Assembly: GCA_963714425.1 (NCBI GenBank)
Contig: CAVQOI010000005.1
Span: forward strand, 19,218-83,217
DNA length: 64,000 nt
Direction of reading: 5' to 3'
Source of the DNA: an uncultured Chloroflexia bacterium
GTDB lineage: Bacteria; Chloroflexota; Anaerolineae; Anaerolineales; UBA4823
A model generated the notes under the pieces. The model was not told the DNA's origin. It made no database searches and was given only the letters and a program-made list of their open reading frames with translations. Made by a program: the position numbers and the translations under genes. This document shows positions 47,533 to 57,651 of this stretch, piece by piece (within the stretch, counting starts at the first letter, position 1; each line of letters begins with the position of its first letter).

Positions 47533-48691
47533 TCAGCTTGCCTTGAGGATATGTGTGATGATAGTAGCCCCGCTTCCGCCGATATTTTGAGCCATGCCAA
47601 TCTTAGCGCCATCGACCTGCGTCGCACCGGCTTCACCGCGCAACTGTTGGACAACTTCAACTATTTGGTAAATCCCTGTCGCACCGACTGGGTGTCCGCG
47701 CGCTTTCAAGCCACCGCGGGTGGTGATTGGGATGCGACCCGAAATACTAATCTCGCCCTCCTGCGCCAGACGGGGTCCCTGCCCGCGCTCTGCAAAACCA
47801 CACGCCTCTAGGGAAAGCGCTGACATGATCGAAAAAGCATCGTGCAGCTCGAACAGGTCAATGTCCTCAGGTTTCACTCCCGCCTGAGTATATGCTCGCT
47901 CGGCAGAGCGGGCAGCGGCTGCGAGCCAGAGCGGATCTGGCCGATCGTGTACAGCCAGGGTGTCGGTTGCGGAAGCTGAGCCAGCGATCGTGATCACTGG
48001 GCTCCTGGAGCCATTCGCGCGCAGGCTCTGGGCAGGGACGATTAGGGCAGCGGCAGCGCCATCCCCAATCGGGGATGCATCCAGCAAGTTAATGGGGTTG
48101 GATATCATGCGAGATTGTTGGTAATCGTGATCCGTGATGGCTTCTTGGAGACGAGCGCAGGGGTTGTGCACAGCATTCGCATGTGCATTGATCGAAAACG
48201 GGGCGAAATCGGTGTGCTTCCAGCCGTACTCAAACAAATAGCGCTGCATTACCAGGGCATTGATCGCTACAAAGGAGAGACCCATTGCAGCTTCATAATC
48301 GGCGTCAGCAGCAGTTGCCAGTGCGGCTGTCGTGTCCACACCTTTGGTATCGGTCATTTTCTCAAGTCCCAGGGCGATGGCGCTATCCATCTCGCCAGAG
48401 CTCACAGCCATAAGGGCGACCCGCAAAGCAGCCGCGCCTGAGCCACAGGCAGCTTCAACTTTGTAAGCTTCCACGCCTCGCATGCCAACCCAATCAGAAA
48501 CCAGCGCGCCCAGGTTTTCCTGATGCGAGATCAATCCTGAGAGCATATTACCGATGAAGATTCCGTCCACATGCTCGCGCTTTGCATCGGCAAGCGTTTT
48601 CATGAGAGCTTCCCCCTAGCTCACGCAGGGACTTCTCCCAGTGTTCATCAACTCGTGTCTGACCGATGCCGATAATGGCAATTTCACGCAT
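47533..48691 (-). pseudogene. Thiolase-fold protein (archaeal/SCP2-type acetyl-CoA acyltransferase-like) with a 1-nt frameshift near the 5' end
   Basis: The main ORF (47533..48603) has the active-site EAACGSGAAAL but lacks the N-terminal strand. Own translation from ATG 48691 gives MREIAIIGIGQTRVDEHWEKSLRELGG in another frame. The frames meet at a G5 run (C5 at 48612-48616). Deleting one base gives ...SLRELGEALMKTLADAK. Confidence 0.7.
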
Positions 48692-48812
48692 AATTTTGTT
48701 TATCAAAAAGGATTTGTACCAGTGAACGCGGTCAAGAAGTACTATGAATTTCCATTTATAAATGAAAACCGTATATATTTTAACTTGCCCTGCTATCAGA
48801 AGCTATCCACAT

Positions 48813-49700
48813 CTAATGAGGAGCTATCGTTTCGAGGTGTAAGATCGTAATCTCAGGGCGGCAATTCCAACGCATCTGCAGCTCGGCGGTACCAAGGCCG
48901 CGATTTGTGTATTGCAACATCCCATTGATATTGTAGAGGCCGGAGGGATATTTGCGTGCATACCCGGGTAGAAAAGGCGCCCCGATAAATGGAAGTACGA
49001 TCTGCCCTCCGTGGGAATGACCAGAAATCTGCAAGTCAAATCTACCGGTCGAAGCGCTGACCTCTGCAAAGTCGGGTTCGTGGGAGAGCAGAATTGCAGA
49101 TCCATCCTCCGGCAGCATCTGTAGGACTGCCCCCAGATTGTCTTTGGCATTCATGTAATCATCAACCCCACAGAGATGAAGTTTGCCATTGCCACGTTTC
49201 AGAGTGAGCAAAGTATTGCTGAGATCATGAATACCCGCTTGAGCGATCACCTGGCGGACTATCTCAGGGTCACTCCAATGATCGTGATTGCCTAGGACGG
49301 CCACGACCCCCTCTCGAGCATCCAGCTCGCTCAGTTTGGCTACCAGGTCATCAAAATAACGTTCAGGGTTGTAGGTTACGAAATCCCCTGTTATGGCTAC
49401 CAGATCAGGATTTTCCTGGTTTACAAGCTTGACCGCCTGGGCGAGATACTCGGAAGAGAGCCAGGTGCCAATGTGAAAATCGCTAATCTGGGCCAGCTTG
49501 AAGCCATGAAAATCACCAGAAAGGCGCGGCAATGGCAAGTGGATATGGGTTATGTCTACCCATGACCTTCCGTTTTGCCGGTTCAGCAAGCGTGTACTGG
49601 CAGAGAGGGCGATGCCGACAGGGTTGTGCAATAAGTATTTTACAGCCGTCTGGGTAATCCGTTTAACCAGACTGGGACCATTACGGTGATTGAAACTCAT
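48813..49700 (-). CDS. Metallophosphoesterase (YkuE/LpxH-like fold)
   Basis: QISDFHIG, ITGDF, LGNHDHW, LSHEP and SGHSHGGQ motifs in order. Confidence 0.75.
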   Translation of the reverse strand: MSFNHRNGPSLVKRITQTAVKYLLHNPVGIALSASTRLLNRQNGRSWVDITHIHLPLPRLSGDFHGFKLAQISDFHIGTWLSSEYLAQAVKLVNQENPDLVAITGDFVTYNPERYFDDLVAKLSELDAREGVVAVLGNHDHWSDPEIVRQVIAQAGIHDLSNTLLTLKRGNGKLHLCGVDDYMNAKDNLGAVLQMLPEDGSAILLSHEPDFAEVSASTGRFDLQISGHSHGGQIVLPFIGAPFLPGYARKYPSGLYNINGMLQYTNRGLGTAELQMRWNCRPEITILHLETIAPH

Positions 49701-49842
49701 TAAATCCTATCGTAACACAATCAAGGATTGCTCTGGAAGCACGCCTCCCAATGCGCTTTACGTATACAGCAAGCACACTTGCTCCCACGTATGCAAAAAT
49801 TATAAACATCTCTTGGGATGGGTAATCGCCATCTACCTATTT

Positions 49843-50886
49843 TCAATTGAGCGTGATGGCGTTCTGGGGGCAGGTAGTAACGCATTCACCGCAGAAAGTG
49901 CATCGGGACGGCAGCACGGCGTGAGCAAGCCATTCAGCAGCGTTTTGACCTGTCTCCCGCCCAGATTGGGGCGCGATGACAAATACCTGTGCTGGACAGG
50001 CTTCCACGCACCGCCGGCACTCTCTGGCGTCCTGGCAGCCTTGCACGCGTACGCGATATTTTCCAGGTTGGGCGGAGCGACGCTGCCAGCTGAATTCTCG
50101 TACACGTTGCTCCAGAGAAATTGCGTCTTTCTTACAGATGGCGCGGCAAATGCCACACCCATAGCAAAGATTCGGATCGACCAAACATTTATCGTTGGCG
50201 GCAGAATATCGGATCGCTCCAAATGGACAATGACCTCGGCACAACTTACAGCCTGAGCAGTCATCCCAATTAATTGCTGCAACATATTCCGCTGGAAAGA
50301 ATACTTGAAGCATGCCCGTTCCGATTTGCATTCGGTAAGCCATACAATCCTGGTCGCAGTTGCATAAACCACCGATGAATGGTGTGTCAAAAGTCCAGAC
50401 AGAGTGAACCAGACCTTCCTGATCTAACCTGTGGATAGCCTGGCGAGCATCCTCTCGACTGAGCCATTCCAGGTTATCCCCATAATCTGGGAAATCGCCG
50501 ATTAATCCAGTTGGGTCGATGGAGAGACCATAACAATAGCGGGTCTCTTGCCTACCGGTTGTCAGGCTGCGACACACGCATGGGATTCGAACAACAGTGG
50601 TGACATCATCGAGGATGGTGTCTACATCTTCAATCGGCACGACTTGCCCGAAATGGCTTTTCTTCTGGCGGTTGGTTGCTACTCTGCTTACAATGGATGA
50701 TACGAACGGAAGAGCCTGGACTTTATCCAGCATGGATAACGATCTGGCTGTACGAGCTTCGAAATCCTGAAAGAATTCGCGGATATGTGCTTTCCTGCCA
50801 TTCATTGAAAGCAGCTCCTGGCCGTAATTCTTCATAGTCAGGTACCAGACTTTGCCTTCACCATGTTCAGTACAGAATTCACACAT
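49843..50886 (-). CDS. Cys-rich Fe-S protein with at least three ferredoxin-type [4Fe-4S] motifs; family not recognised
   Basis: N-terminal CEFC. Later motifs are CSGCKLCRGHCP, CYGCGICRAICKKD, CRRCVEACP and CTFCGECVTTCP. Confidence 0.55.
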   Translation of the reverse strand: MCEFCTEHGEGKVWYLTMKNYGQELLSMNGRKAHIREFFQDFEARTARSLSMLDKVQALPFVSSIVSRVATNRQKKSHFGQVVPIEDVDTILDDVTTVVRIPCVCRSLTTGRQETRYCYGLSIDPTGLIGDFPDYGDNLEWLSREDARQAIHRLDQEGLVHSVWTFDTPFIGGLCNCDQDCMAYRMQIGTGMLQVFFPAEYVAAINWDDCSGCKLCRGHCPFGAIRYSAANDKCLVDPNLCYGCGICRAICKKDAISLEQRVREFSWQRRSAQPGKYRVRVQGCQDARECRRCVEACPAQVFVIAPQSGRETGQNAAEWLAHAVLPSRCTFCGECVTTCPQNAITLN

Positions 50887-50970
50887 AGATTACCAGCACC
50901 TATAGGTTTAGGCCAGCTCTTCTAGAAAATCGAGCGGGGAAATACTTTGCCACCCAATTATTGTATCGTA

Positions 50971-52257
50971 TCAACGAACGAAGTAGTTCAGGCAAGCCTC
51001 ATCAATGATATCAGGTGACAAGCGGGGGGGTGTATCGTCGTATTCACATAATGAAGTGATCGTGCGGAGGATATCCCGTGGATGGACAGCCTGCATCACA
51101 CGTCCATTTTGACGATACCAGGTGTGGATAAAATGGACAAAAGATTCTTTGTTGAACTGGATATTATATTCTTTGCACATCATCACAAAGATCTGGAAAA
51201 ACAACTTTTCATCTGGTGGGCTGACCTCAACCTTAATTTGAATGCGGCGCAGGAAAGCGTCATCGACCAACTCGTAAGGGTCCAGGTTTGTGCTGAAGAT
51301 GGTGAGCATGCGGAAAGGGACGACGATCGTCTGCCCGCTGAGCAAGCGAAGGATATCAACTTTCTCTTCGAGAGGAACGATCCACCGGTTGAGCAGATCG
51401 CTTGGTTTGACTTGCTGCCTGCCAAAATCGTCGATGAGCAGCATGCCTCCATTTGCTTTCAGCTGGAGTGGAGCTTCATATATTTTCGCCACCGGGTCGA
51501 AGCGCAGATCGAGCGCCTCCATTTTCAATTCACCTCCAACCATAACGCTAGGGCGAGTGAAAAAACTCCAGCGCTGATCGATACGTCCCATACCCTCGGC
51601 GCGAACGCCGTTAGTGGGCGGGGGCTTGTGTGTAATGCGATCATATACCTGGATAATTTGACCGCCACTGGTGAGCGCGTACGGTAGCCAGATGGGGTCT
51701 GTACCAGAAATAAGTTTGCCGATTGCTTGCGCGATTGTGGTTTTTCCGTTCCCGGGTGGACCATACAAGAAGAGAGATGTTCCGGATATAAGTGCTGGCC
51801 CAATATGGCGGTGGAAGTTACTTGGAAGAACTAAAGATGCCAGAGCTTCTTTCACCTGTGCGGGAGTAACGCGCCGGCGCTCCATGGTTTGAAGCTCCAA
51901 GCCACGCTGGTAGAAGTTGATGGCTACTGGGACAGGTCCCACATACAGGCTGCGTTCTAGTGCATCCCTGGCGCGTTGCCTCCCAGCGTCTGATAATGTA
52001 TACACATATCCCAGGCGCCCCAGCTCCGAGCTGGCTTTGGATACCTCGATCAGGTGCTCTTTCTGCATCCAGAGGGTGACTTCATCGATGATCCGGCTCG
52101 ATATTTTCATCACTTCGACAAAGCGACTTAATGCAACATTGCCCTCGTTGAATAATAATCGAAACATAATGTCGATAACAATACTGTGGGTGATATGCAG
52201 GTCATCGATATTCTGCGGCTCCACTAGTATTTGCTTCATACTCATATCGTCAAGCAT
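50971..52257 (-). CDS. AAA+ ATPase with an N-terminal helical (winged-helix-like) domain
   Basis: Walker A (GPPGNGKTT), Walker B (MLLIDDFG), sensor-1-like FSTN, and DDAFLRRI. Confidence 0.65.
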   Translation of the reverse strand: MLDDMSMKQILVEPQNIDDLHITHSIVIDIMFRLLFNEGNVALSRFVEVMKISSRIIDEVTLWMQKEHLIEVSKASSELGRLGYVYTLSDAGRQRARDALERSLYVGPVPVAINFYQRGLELQTMERRRVTPAQVKEALASLVLPSNFHRHIGPALISGTSLFLYGPPGNGKTTIAQAIGKLISGTDPIWLPYALTSGGQIIQVYDRITHKPPPTNGVRAEGMGRIDQRWSFFTRPSVMVGGELKMEALDLRFDPVAKIYEAPLQLKANGGMLLIDDFGRQQVKPSDLLNRWIVPLEEKVDILRLLSGQTIVVPFRMLTIFSTNLDPYELVDDAFLRRIQIKVEVSPPDEKLFFQIFVMMCKEYNIQFNKESFVHFIHTWYRQNGRVMQAVHPRDILRTITSLCEYDDTPPRLSPDIIDEACLNYFVR

Positions 52258-52404
52258 AAATGCTCCTTGGTCAGGCTTAGAGCCTCATCTTAAACCACAG
52301 TCGATTTTACCATTCCGGCAGGGATTCGAATGAGCAGAGATGATTAACTAACAATAAAGTAAGGGTTATTTCGATAGTTATTTTAAATATGAAATGCTCA
52401 GGTC

Positions 52405-52433
52405 TTGACCGATCGTGCATTTTGACGTAGACT
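52405..52433 (+). promoter_or_regulatory. Candidate sigma-70 promoter for the FHA-GAF-cyclase gene
   Basis: TTGACC, a 17-nt spacer, then TAGACT, located 34 nt upstream of the ATG at 52467. A GGAGGG RBS lies between. Confidence 0.4.
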
Positions 52434-52466
52434 TTATCACACAGGAGGGCGAGCTGGATTAATCAA

Positions 52467-53957
52467 ATGTGGAGTCTCACTCTTCGATCCCCTGAGGGAA
52501 AACCACGCGAGTTCACTGTCAGATCTCCCAGGACTACTATTGGGCGAAGAGCTGACAATGACATCGTCGTTGCTGATATCTCTGCCTCTCGCTTGCATGC
52601 AGAAATCGAATACGATCTTCGCGATGATGCTCTAATCATTCGTGATCTTGGAAGCACAAACGGGACATTCGTCAACCGTGAGCGCTTAACGAATGATCGC
52701 CGTCTAGAGCACCACGACATTATTCGTATTGGAGAGCATGTGATCTATATTGCCCGGTACCATACTGGGGAGAAGCTAGGTCCAGGGCGTTCGGTCACCC
52801 ATCCCTTAACGCGTGATATTGTCCTCGAGTTGATCGACCAACACGCAGTGCTGTTGTACGAGATTGCTGGGAAGCTAAACAACATTTTGGATATCGACAC
52901 TGCCCTCAAAGAAGTCTCCCATATGATGCGCGTAACCCTAGGCGCAGACCGGTGCGAGTTGATCGTTGCAGAACAATTCAGCTCGTTGAGCGATATGGGA
53001 TTTCCAACCTCTATCGCAAATATGGTCATCGATCGCAAGTCAGCAATTATCATTCCGGATATCGGGGAAGAGGAAGAGCGATATGGAAAAAGCGCCTTTC
53101 TCTACCGTGTGCGTTCTGTGTTATGTGTGCCCATCATTCACAGTGACGAAGTCCTCGGTTTGATCTATATGTATAAGACAGACCCTCGCGAGCGTCCTTT
53201 CGACCAAAGGGATTTTCAGCTCGCAGTAGCCATCAGTCACCAGACTGCATTAACGATTCAGCGTATGAAGCTATTGGATAAATTCCAGGAAGAACAGCGC
53301 ATTCGGCTCTTGCTTCAACGATTTGTATCGCCAGCCGAGGCAGATTTTATCCTGAGCGAATACCAACCTTCGGGGCAGCTGCCTGAATTGGCGGAACATG
53401 TGCTTACAGTACTGTTTGCGGATATCGCTGATTCAACTGGAATGGCAGAGCGCTTAGGTGCGACAGCTTTCGGTAACATTTTGACCCGCTATTATATGGA
53501 AATGACAGATGTAATCTTCAATCACGGGGGAATGGTGGATAAATTCTTGGGAGATGGGATTATGGCCATCTTCGGGATGGCGGGCGATAAACATGATCCT
53601 GAGGGACGGGCAGTTACAGCAGGATTACATATGCTCGAACGGCTGGACAAGATCAACGAAGAATTCAAAGAACCAATGGAAATCGGAATCGGTGTAAACA
53701 CTGGCCTTGTAATGGCAGGTTACGTTGGTACCAAGCAACAGGTCGAGCTCACAGTTGTTGGGGATACGGTCAACGTTGCAGCAGGACTTCAAAACATGGC
53801 GCGCCCCAATCGCTTATTTGTTGGACCGGCGACGGTCGCCTCGGTCGTGGGTAGATTTTCCACACAGCGCGTCGGCGCGCTTGTAGTTAAAGGTAGGACG
53901 CGCAAAATCCAGGTACACGAGATATTACATCAAGCCGAACCCGAGCAGGGCAGTTGA
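52467..53957 (+). CDS. FHA-GAF-class III adenylate/guanylate cyclase
   Basis: N-terminal FHA (TIGRRADNDIVVADISASRLHAEI...LGSTNGTFVN), a central GAF domain, and a C-terminal cyclase (VLFADIADSTGMAERLG...GDGIMAIFG...IGVNTG). Confidence 0.8.
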   Translation: MWSLTLRSPEGKPREFTVRSPRTTIGRRADNDIVVADISASRLHAEIEYDLRDDALIIRDLGSTNGTFVNRERLTNDRRLEHHDIIRIGEHVIYIARYHTGEKLGPGRSVTHPLTRDIVLELIDQHAVLLYEIAGKLNNILDIDTALKEVSHMMRVTLGADRCELIVAEQFSSLSDMGFPTSIANMVIDRKSAIIIPDIGEEEERYGKSAFLYRVRSVLCVPIIHSDEVLGLIYMYKTDPRERPFDQRDFQLAVAISHQTALTIQRMKLLDKFQEEQRIRLLLQRFVSPAEADFILSEYQPSGQLPELAEHVLTVLFADIADSTGMAERLGATAFGNILTRYYMEMTDVIFNHGGMVDKFLGDGIMAIFGMAGDKHDPEGRAVTAGLHMLERLDKINEEFKEPMEIGIGVNTGLVMAGYVGTKQQVELTVVGDTVNVAAGLQNMARPNRLFVGPATVASVVGRFSTQRVGALVVKGRTRKIQVHEILHQAEPEQGS

Positions 53958-54018
53958 GAGCACACTCTTAAGGCTTGAATTTTCCACAGTCAAGCTCTTT
54001 GTGAAATACTATGATCGG

Positions 54019-55146
54019 TTACAGGGTGCGAGTATACACCCTGTGATTTTTATAAGCTTTCCCGCCAATATTTTCAAGGTCACTGCGCATCTGCGTGGCT
54101 GTCTCAGCCACCTGGGTTAAATCTGCGTGGAGGAAATTGTACTCCCGGATGGTTTTTTCCATTTCAGAATACAATAATGCATTGCCTCCACGCCCTTGAA
54201 ACTCAGGCAATATACCAGCCCCGTTCAATGCTACCCATTTCGTTCGGCGCATCTCAAGGAGGATGTCAATGATCCCGAAGGGGAGTAGTCGACCCCTCGC
54301 ACGCTGTAGCGCTGCAGATAAATCCGGAAATCCAAACAAGAATCCCACCGCCATATCATCGTGTGTGATAATTTTGATCAGCCGGGGATCAGCGACTGTG
54401 AGTAAATTCTCGAGTAGAAAGGCTATCTCTCGGTCGGTGAGTGGATAGTACTCCCAGTTGTTCACGAACGCATTGTTGTATGCTTCACCGATACGCCCAG
54501 CCCAAGCTTTCAACTCAGCTTTGGTGCGGAATCTTTGTACTTTTAAAGTGCCACGCTCTTGGATCCGCTCAGCAATGCGGTGAATACGTTCCGGTAGGCG
54601 GAAAGAATCGGCGCTCAGGTAACAGGAGACAAAGTCAACTTCTTTGGTGAAACTGTTCGCTTCTACGAGCCGGACATAATAGGGCTCGTTGTAATTCATC
54701 ATGGTCATGATTTGTCTTTGGTCATAGCCTTCTACCAGCAGCCCATAGCCATCGAGCACCCCGAAGCCTTTAGGGCCAACGACAGTATCCAGATTGCGCT
54801 GCCGTGCCCATTCAAATACCGCCTCGAACAATTTTGTAGCCGCTTCTAGGTCATCCTCACACTCAAAGAGGTAGAATTGTGCCTGGCGCGTGTTGTGGTA
54901 CTCGTTGAAGCGCCGATTTTGAAGCGCTGCAATGCGACCGATATCCGTTCCGTGGCGCGATGCGACAAAGAAATCAGCCTCCGAATGCTCATAAAATGGA
55001 TGTTTTCTTCGGTTGAGCTGCATCTCCGAGTCAATACGTAAAGGCGGTACCCAAAATTTGTGTGAAGCATATAAACGATAAGGGATTTCTACGAAGCGAC
55101 GTACCTGAGCTTTCAAATTAGTGTCTAACTTTTCGATAGATACCAT
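54019..55146 (-). CDS. Uncharacterised protein, probably GNAT-fold acyltransferase-like
   Basis: 375 aa. The C-terminal segment LNGAGILPEFQGRGGNALLYSEM resembles the GNAT acyl-CoA binding loop (Q/RxxGxG/A). Confidence 0.4.
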   Translation of the reverse strand: MVSIEKLDTNLKAQVRRFVEIPYRLYASHKFWVPPLRIDSEMQLNRRKHPFYEHSEADFFVASRHGTDIGRIAALQNRRFNEYHNTRQAQFYLFECEDDLEAATKLFEAVFEWARQRNLDTVVGPKGFGVLDGYGLLVEGYDQRQIMTMMNYNEPYYVRLVEANSFTKEVDFVSCYLSADSFRLPERIHRIAERIQERGTLKVQRFRTKAELKAWAGRIGEAYNNAFVNNWEYYPLTDREIAFLLENLLTVADPRLIKIITHDDMAVGFLFGFPDLSAALQRARGRLLPFGIIDILLEMRRTKWVALNGAGILPEFQGRGGNALLYSEMEKTIREYNFLHADLTQVAETATQMRSDLENIGGKAYKNHRVYTRTL

Positions 55147-55155
55147 GATGACCTC

Positions 55156-56130
55156 TCACTGCGTGTAATGCTGGCTGGCATCATCGAGTGCGGAGACTTC
55201 AGCCTCGGTTAACCGCCATCCTAATGCACCAAGATTCTCAACGGCTTGCTCAACAGTCTTTACGCCCGGGATTGGGACGGCGCCTTTGCAGATTACCCAA
55301 TTGATGGCGACCTGGGAGGCTGTCTTGCCCTCATGGGCTGCCCCGATTTCGTGCAGTAGGCGGATGAGTGGGTCAATTTTAGAGAGCAATTTTGCAGGAT
55401 ACCTGCGACCACGTATGCCAGGGAGCGGATTCCTTGCGCTGTACTTTCCTGATAAAACACCTTGTGCGATAGGACCGTAGGCAATGCAAGTTATTTCGAG
55501 ATCTTTGCAGAGTTCAAGCATCCCATTTCTTTCGATTCTGCGGTCTAACAGGCTGTACTCGACTTGATTTGAAGAAAGGAAATACCCGCGTTTTATCAGT
55601 ACGGCGTGGGTGCGATTCATCTGTTTGGCGTTGTAATTTGAAACACCAACGGCTCCCACTAGACCTTCATCCATAGCATCTGCCAGCGCTGAAGCCCAGC
55701 TCTCGATTGGGATGGGTGGAAAAGGTTGGTGAATCTGGTACAAATCAATTATGGGTATTTTTAGCCGTCTCAAGCTGCCCTGTAAGGCATTGATCAGGCT
55801 CCTGTTTCTCAGTCGCCACGGGTAAGGATAGAATTTACTCGCCACAATTATGGGAGGTGCTTCATCTGGGAGAGATTGGATAAATTGTCCCAACAATCTT
55901 TCCGATCGTCCCTGCCCATATATCTCAGCTGTATCGAAGAAGTTAATACCAGCATCGACGCAGGTTTCAAAAGCCTTTTTTACGTGAGATTCGCCATAAT
56001 CCTTTCCGTACCCCCAATAAAAGCGGTCCCCCCATGCCCAGGCACCTATCCCCATTAGAGGGATCTGGATGGTTGATTTTCCCAGGAATATCTCGCCAAA
56101 CTCAGGGTTCAAATTGTGGGCTCCTTGCAT
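55156..56130 (-). CDS. Aldo/keto reductase
   Basis: GIGAWAWG, FFDTAEIYG, KF...P and LYQIHQP motifs. I prefer the start MQGAHNL at 56130. The track ORF extends to 56292, inside the upstream gene. Confidence 0.8.
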   Translation of the reverse strand: MQGAHNLNPEFGEIFLGKSTIQIPLMGIGAWAWGDRFYWGYGKDYGESHVKKAFETCVDAGINFFDTAEIYGQGRSERLLGQFIQSLPDEAPPIIVASKFYPYPWRLRNRSLINALQGSLRRLKIPIIDLYQIHQPFPPIPIESWASALADAMDEGLVGAVGVSNYNAKQMNRTHAVLIKRGYFLSSNQVEYSLLDRRIERNGMLELCKDLEITCIAYGPIAQGVLSGKYSARNPLPGIRGRRYPAKLLSKIDPLIRLLHEIGAAHEGKTASQVAINWVICKGAVPIPGVKTVEQAVENLGALGWRLTEAEVSALDDASQHYTQ

Positions 56131-57649
56131 GCAACTTTGTCTGCCATTTCGAGAAATGGTATGATTTCCGTCCATCCTGATCGATGATCTGCCTGGCAAC
56201 CCGCATCCCACCAAGGGCGGTGGCTGCGGTGGATTGACCGGGAAAAATACTGTCTCCAACCATCCATAATTGTGGAGCAAGACGAGGAGCATGCGTGCGA
56301 AATAGATGCGTCTGAGGAAAGCCCCCTACCCACCCATATTCGCGGCGTGTAAAGCGCTGGAAAGTTACCGGAGTACCAGGCATGACCAGTTTGGAAGCCT
56401 GACGCAATCCCGGCAGGGCAATTTCTGCAGTCTGAAGTATTTTATCGGCCAGGAGGGTTTTTTGCTGATCATACGCGACACGGTCATTATGGTAATAGTG
56501 CCACCAACGCCGCAGGTCTGTGTGCGTACTTATCGTCGCTGCGCGCTGACCCGCTGGGGCCCGGCTAGAATCCCACCCAGGGTTGGCAGAAATGAATATC
56601 GAGTTACCTTCGCCTAAAGGTTCGCCGGCGATAACTTGATGGTGAAGTGAACTCTCGTCCGGCAATATCATGCTGTCAAAACCGACGTATATTATAAACG
56701 CACCCCATCCATCTTGCGGGATTTGGTAGCGACTCTTGTTCTGTGGAAGCGAGTGCTCTTCCATCAATCTATATATATTCGGAGGAGGCAGGTTAAGAAT
56801 AAGAACATCCAGTGGGAATTTCTCCCCCCGCCGGGTTTCAACGGAAATTGGCTTGCCGGATTTTAGCAGGATACGTGTGACTTGTTGGCGATAATGCACT
56901 TGCCCACCTGATTTGTGGATGGACTGCACGAGAGCCTCAGCAATTGAACCCATCCCGCCCTCTAAGTGCATAACGCCTCGCCGGGCGATATCCAATGCAG
57001 CGGCCCCATACAATGCGTTGGTCTGTTTGCTGGTAGCTTGTGCGGAGATGAGCAGCTGGGCATCGACAAACTGCCGCAATCGATCGGGGGCTCCCTTTAA
57101 GTGCGTCGCCACCGGAAGGATTGCATCTATTAAGAAGTTTGGGGACAACCTGTAGAAAGGATCGACCTTGATCCATGGGAGTGCCTGGCGTAGCAGCTGG
57201 AGGCCATCGCCAACATTTTGTAGAGGCCAAATTGGCGAGCGTAGCGCCAGATCCCAGAGCGCATCTGCAGTTCGTTCCTGCCACACCCAAAACGCCTCAG
57301 ATTGGGAGCCAAAAGCTGCCTGTCGCGCTGACCAGCGTCGATCATCACTCCACAGCTTGAGTTCTTCGCCGCCCGGTTGGTGGACAGTCATTGCCAATTC
57401 TGCGGGAAGACCATTCCAATGAGGGATGCCTACTGCCTGCGCCAGTTGGTCCATTGGCCCACCGGGGTAGAATCCAGCAGCCATTGTCGCGCCGCTATCA
57501 AAACGGTATCCCTGATGAAAAAACGTGGCTGCACAACCACCGGGATAGACCTGGGCTTCTAATACTACAACATCGTATCCTGCGCGGGCTAGTACAGCAG
57601 CTGCGGATAGTCCTCCTACGCCAGCACCTACAACGATGCAGCGGGGCAT
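56102..57649 (-). CDS. Phytoene desaturase-family (CrtI/CrtD-like) FAD-dependent oxidoreductase
   Basis: IVVGAGVGGLSAAAVLARAGYDVVVLEAQVYPGGCA is a dinucleotide-binding motif, and the C-terminus has WMVGDSIFPGQS. I prefer the start MPRC at 57649, 2 nt after the upstream stop. Confidence 0.7.
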   Translation of the reverse strand: MPRCIVVGAGVGGLSAAAVLARAGYDVVVLEAQVYPGGCAATFFHQGYRFDSGATMAAGFYPGGPMDQLAQAVGIPHWNGLPAELAMTVHQPGGEELKLWSDDRRWSARQAAFGSQSEAFWVWQERTADALWDLALRSPIWPLQNVGDGLQLLRQALPWIKVDPFYRLSPNFLIDAILPVATHLKGAPDRLRQFVDAQLLISAQATSKQTNALYGAAALDIARRGVMHLEGGMGSIAEALVQSIHKSGGQVHYRQQVTRILLKSGKPISVETRRGEKFPLDVLILNLPPPNIYRLMEEHSLPQNKSRYQIPQDGWGAFIIYVGFDSMILPDESSLHHQVIAGEPLGEGNSIFISANPGWDSSRAPAGQRAATISTHTDLRRWWHYYHNDRVAYDQQKTLLADKILQTAEIALPGLRQASKLVMPGTPVTFQRFTRREYGWVGGFPQTHLFRTHAPRLAPQLWMVGDSIFPGQSTAATALGGMRVARQIIDQDGRKSYHFSKWQTKLHARSPQFEP

Positions 57650-57651
57650 GT

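Noticed and set aside
56131-56292. Long N-terminal extensions in track ORFs: AKR to 56292, livH to 17237, livG to 15355, carH-like from 59128, cupin to 22744, Rieske to 27421, crtI-like to 57715
   Set aside because: Internal starts have proper RBSs, create ATGA-type couplings or avoid overlapping a promoter, and match the usual family N-termini.
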